A DNA stretch of 63,910 nt, filler included, from Octopus bimaculoides (Eukaryota), in NCBI RefSeq assembly GCF_001194135.2. It is 7 parts of 6 records of this genome, joined end to end, with 100 filler letters (N's around TTAATTAATTAA, not from the genome) between each part and the next. Parts side by side here need not be neighbours in the genome. Positions count along the whole stretch, not along the records: positions 59,352 to 62,783 come from NC_068988.1; positions 62,884 to 63,910 come from NC_069006.1; 5 more parts are not named here. One strand, 5' to 3'. A program made the position numbers and the translations under genes. Position 1 is the first letter of the stretch. Every line of letters starts with the position of its first letter. The notes beneath the pieces were generated by a model that saw only the letters and a program-made list of their open reading frames with translations, had not been told where the DNA came from and searched no databases. Positions 61,124 through 63,910 of the stretch are shown piece after piece.

Positions 61124-61868
61124 CTGGGGTTGGACAAAATTATGGAAACACCCAGCATCATAGCATCATAATATTGAAATATCTAAAAAAACCGTCGAAA
61201 GCTTGTTTATTTTTATGTTTTTGATTTATTGTTAGTGTTGTTTAATATGTTTTGCTAAAATCGCTGTTTCTTTTCAGACATCATCAGAAAAACTTAATTA
61301 AATTCATTAAAATGACAGATCTATCGGACTTTCAAAGAGGTCAAATTGTTGGTGCTCGGATGGCAGGCGCTAGCGTAAGGAAAACAGCCGTTTGGTGTAT
61401 CAAGAAGTACTGTTTCGAAAGTAATGACAGTCTTTGAGAAAGAGGGAAAACCTCGTCGAAACAAAACTCCGGAAGAAAACCCAAAACATTCAAATAGGGA
61501 CCGTCGGACTCTTACGCGAATTGTTCGAAATGATCACAAAAGTACAGCTCCCAAAATTACTGCAGAGCTTAATGACCACCTCGAGAACTCAGTTTCCAGA
61601 AAAACTGCTCGCCGGAAGCTGCACAAACCCGGATTTTACGAAAGGGCTGCAATCAGAACACCACTACTTTCAAAAACAAACGTTACGAAGCGTTTAGAGT
61701 GGAGTAAAAACCTACAGAATTGGTCCCTAAAGCAGTGGAAGAATGTTATTTTCTCGGACGAGTCATCCGTTATCTTATTTCCGACCGCCAGCTGAGTATA
61801 TGTGTGGAGACAGCCAAAAGAAGCATTTGACCCAGACTGCCTTCTTCCAACTGTTAAACATGGAGGAG
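61124..61868 (+). mobile_element. Tc1 (DD34E-type) transposon 5' portion, pseudogenised
   Basis: TA-CTGGGGTTGGACAAAATTATGGAAACACC TIR; ATG at 61312 gives MTDLSDFQRGQIVGARMAGAS..., RDRRTLTRIV, WKNVIFSDES and VKHGG with a frameshift and a stop. Confidence 0.9.
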
Positions 61869-62553
61869 TTTAAACATGTTAAACATGGAGAAGTCTGAGT
61901 TACTTCTGGTTCTTTGCATCCTCAATTTAAATCCCATTTTTACTATTGGAAAGTTTTTGTATTGCTTGAGGATCTACACCATGTAATGGTGTAGAAAGAA
62001 TGTCTGTTTTTAGACACTTTTAACTCTTTACATATTTTGGCAAACAGCCATTTGTAATATTTACACGTGCTGCAAGATAGCCGCGTCATAAGTAGCTGGG
62101 AGCTGTGCCTGCAACAATAGTGGTGGCAGAGGCCTTCATAACGTGAACAGGTATGCTTCTCAAATTAGTTTTAAACGAAAGGAAAGAAGTGTAATAAAAA
62201 ATACAATGGATTTGTACTGAAAACATAATTTAGACAGGAAAACATTACAAACAACAAGTACACCACTACCGCACCATTTAATCATTTATAAGTGTTGTTG
62301 GCTAAAAAGAACTACTCAACGTGAGCCAGTCTAATAAAAAGGAATGGATGAACTATGCCGCAAAGGACAATGACTCTTTGCTCAACGAATTAATCTAGAA
62401 AAGAACGGGAAGAAAAGTTATACTCTCCGCAGTCAAATGACGGAAACAAATAAAGAATAAAAGAATAAAGAATTGTAGAAGAATGGCTAGTTTATAGCAC
62501 ATAAATTTTAGCAACAAAATCTTATATGGACCCGCAAGGGTGATGTGGACCCT

Positions 62554-62567
62554 GTTGAGAACCACTG
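62554..62567 (-). mobile_element. Isolated hAT-type TIR (CAGTGGTTCTCAAC on minus strand)
   Basis: Motif match only. Confidence 0.4.
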
Positions 62568-62653
62568 ATGTTATATCCTAATGCATTTTGCGATTCCTTT
62601 GTGCAACAGGTTTTGCATTGTATGCATGGGTCTTTGTAACCAGTAGAAAAAGA

Positions 62654-62654
<1 letters not shown>

Positions 62655-62706
<52 letters not shown>

Positions 62707-62742
62707 CATCATCAACATTATTATTATTATTATTATTATTAT
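62655..62742. repeat. (TTA)n microsatellite
   Basis: Direct reading. Confidence 0.9.
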
Positions 62743-62882
62743 TCAGTAGTTTTATTTTTATAACGTGCTTTCACTTCACTACCNNNNNNNNNNNNNNNNN
62801 NNNNNNNNNNNNNNNNNNNNNNNNNNNTTAATTAATTAANNNNNNNNNNNNNNNNNNNNNNNNNNNNNNNNNNNNNNNNNNN

Positions 62883-63296
62883 NCACACACACACACTCGC
62901 ACACGCACACACACACATACACGCACACGCACACGCACACGCACACCCACGTTCATACAGTCTACCCCTATACATAAATACATTCAGGCATGTGTGTGTG
63001 TGTTTGTGTGTCTACTTAAGTGTATACTTCCGTTTGTGTGTGTGTGTGTGTGCGTGTGTATGTGTGTATGCATGTGTGTATGCATGTATATATGTGTTTC
63101 TCTGTGCGTTTCTGTGTGTGTCTGTATTTGTGTATATATATATGTACGTATGTATATGTATATGTGTGTGTGTGTGCATATTCCAATTGGTTGGCGAAGT
63201 TACTTTTTTTCCGATTTCTTTAGTTGCAGTTTGAATAAATTCTTATTTATAACACGGAAATATATTTATTTATAGCAAAAAGTCGGCTTCGATTGA

Positions 63297-63347
<51 letters not shown>

Positions 63348-63539
63348 GCACGCACGCACTCAAACACATATACATACATACACACGTACATACACAGACA
63401 TACAAGCACACGCTCACACAATCACACACGCATATACATATACACACACACACAAACGCACACACACATACACATGCAAATACACAGATAAGCACAGACT
63501 CAAACATAAACATGTTCACACACAAACAGACATGTTTAC

Positions 63540-63596
<57 letters not shown>

Positions 63597-63738
63597 AATA
63601 TACAAAGGCTCTCACACTGATAGACACATGCAGACACATACACACATAAACATAGAAATATAATCAAACAAACACACACACAGACATACATATCATCACA
63701 CACAAACATAAACCTGCACAGAAGCACACAAACACACA

Positions 63739-63774
<36 letters not shown>

Positions 63775-63910
63775 TAGACACACGCAACACACCACAAACA
63801 CCCAACACACACACACACACTCATGAGACACTCACACACATATAGAAACTGAAACACATGCAAAACATTCACGCACATTCACACACACTCACACAGACGC
63901 CCATATAATA
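62883..63910. repeat. Degenerate CA/TG microsatellite-derived low-complexity block
   Basis: Direct reading; explains the C/V and H/T pseudo-ORFs. Confidence 0.9.

Noticed and set aside
55715-62567. Pairing the two hAT-like TIRs into one 6.8-kb element
   Set aside because: An artificial linker at 59296 lies between them, and there is no transposase or target-site duplication.
899-63878. Most ORFs in the supplied track ([13 protein letters not shown]-filled)
   Set aside because: They are translations of TA/TG/CA/TACA microsatellites or read through N runs, with no domain content.

Overview
Repeat-saturated, AT-rich, gap-rich eukaryotic DNA. The SINE, LINE and microsatellite repertoire fits an octopod cephalopod (Octopus sp.; inference). 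It is not one contiguous locus: six 100-bp spacers (44 N + TTAATTAATTAA + 44 N) are artificial six-frame-stop joins, so the window holds at least seven stitched pieces. No intact host gene, rRNA, true tRNA or CRISPR array is supportable, and nearly all listed ORFs are microsatellite or N artefacts. The recognisable content is: (1) many tRNA-derived SINEs in about four interleaved modular families; (2) decayed retroelement fragments (Dong/R4 with restriction-like endonuclease, Tx1/L1, RTE, Penelope-like); (3) decayed DNA transposons (mariner DD34D, Tc1, two maT/DD37D-like, pogo/Tigger, hAT ends). The best signals lie outside the ORF track. First, a set of type I hammerhead ribozyme motifs, all with self-complementary or near self-complementary stem III, including a 367-bp near-perfect palindrome carrying a complete hammerhead on each strand. 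Second, a SINE whose 3' tail matches the 3' end of a Tx1-clade LINE in the same window. Third, hints that Dong and Tx1 elements target tetranucleotide microsatellites.
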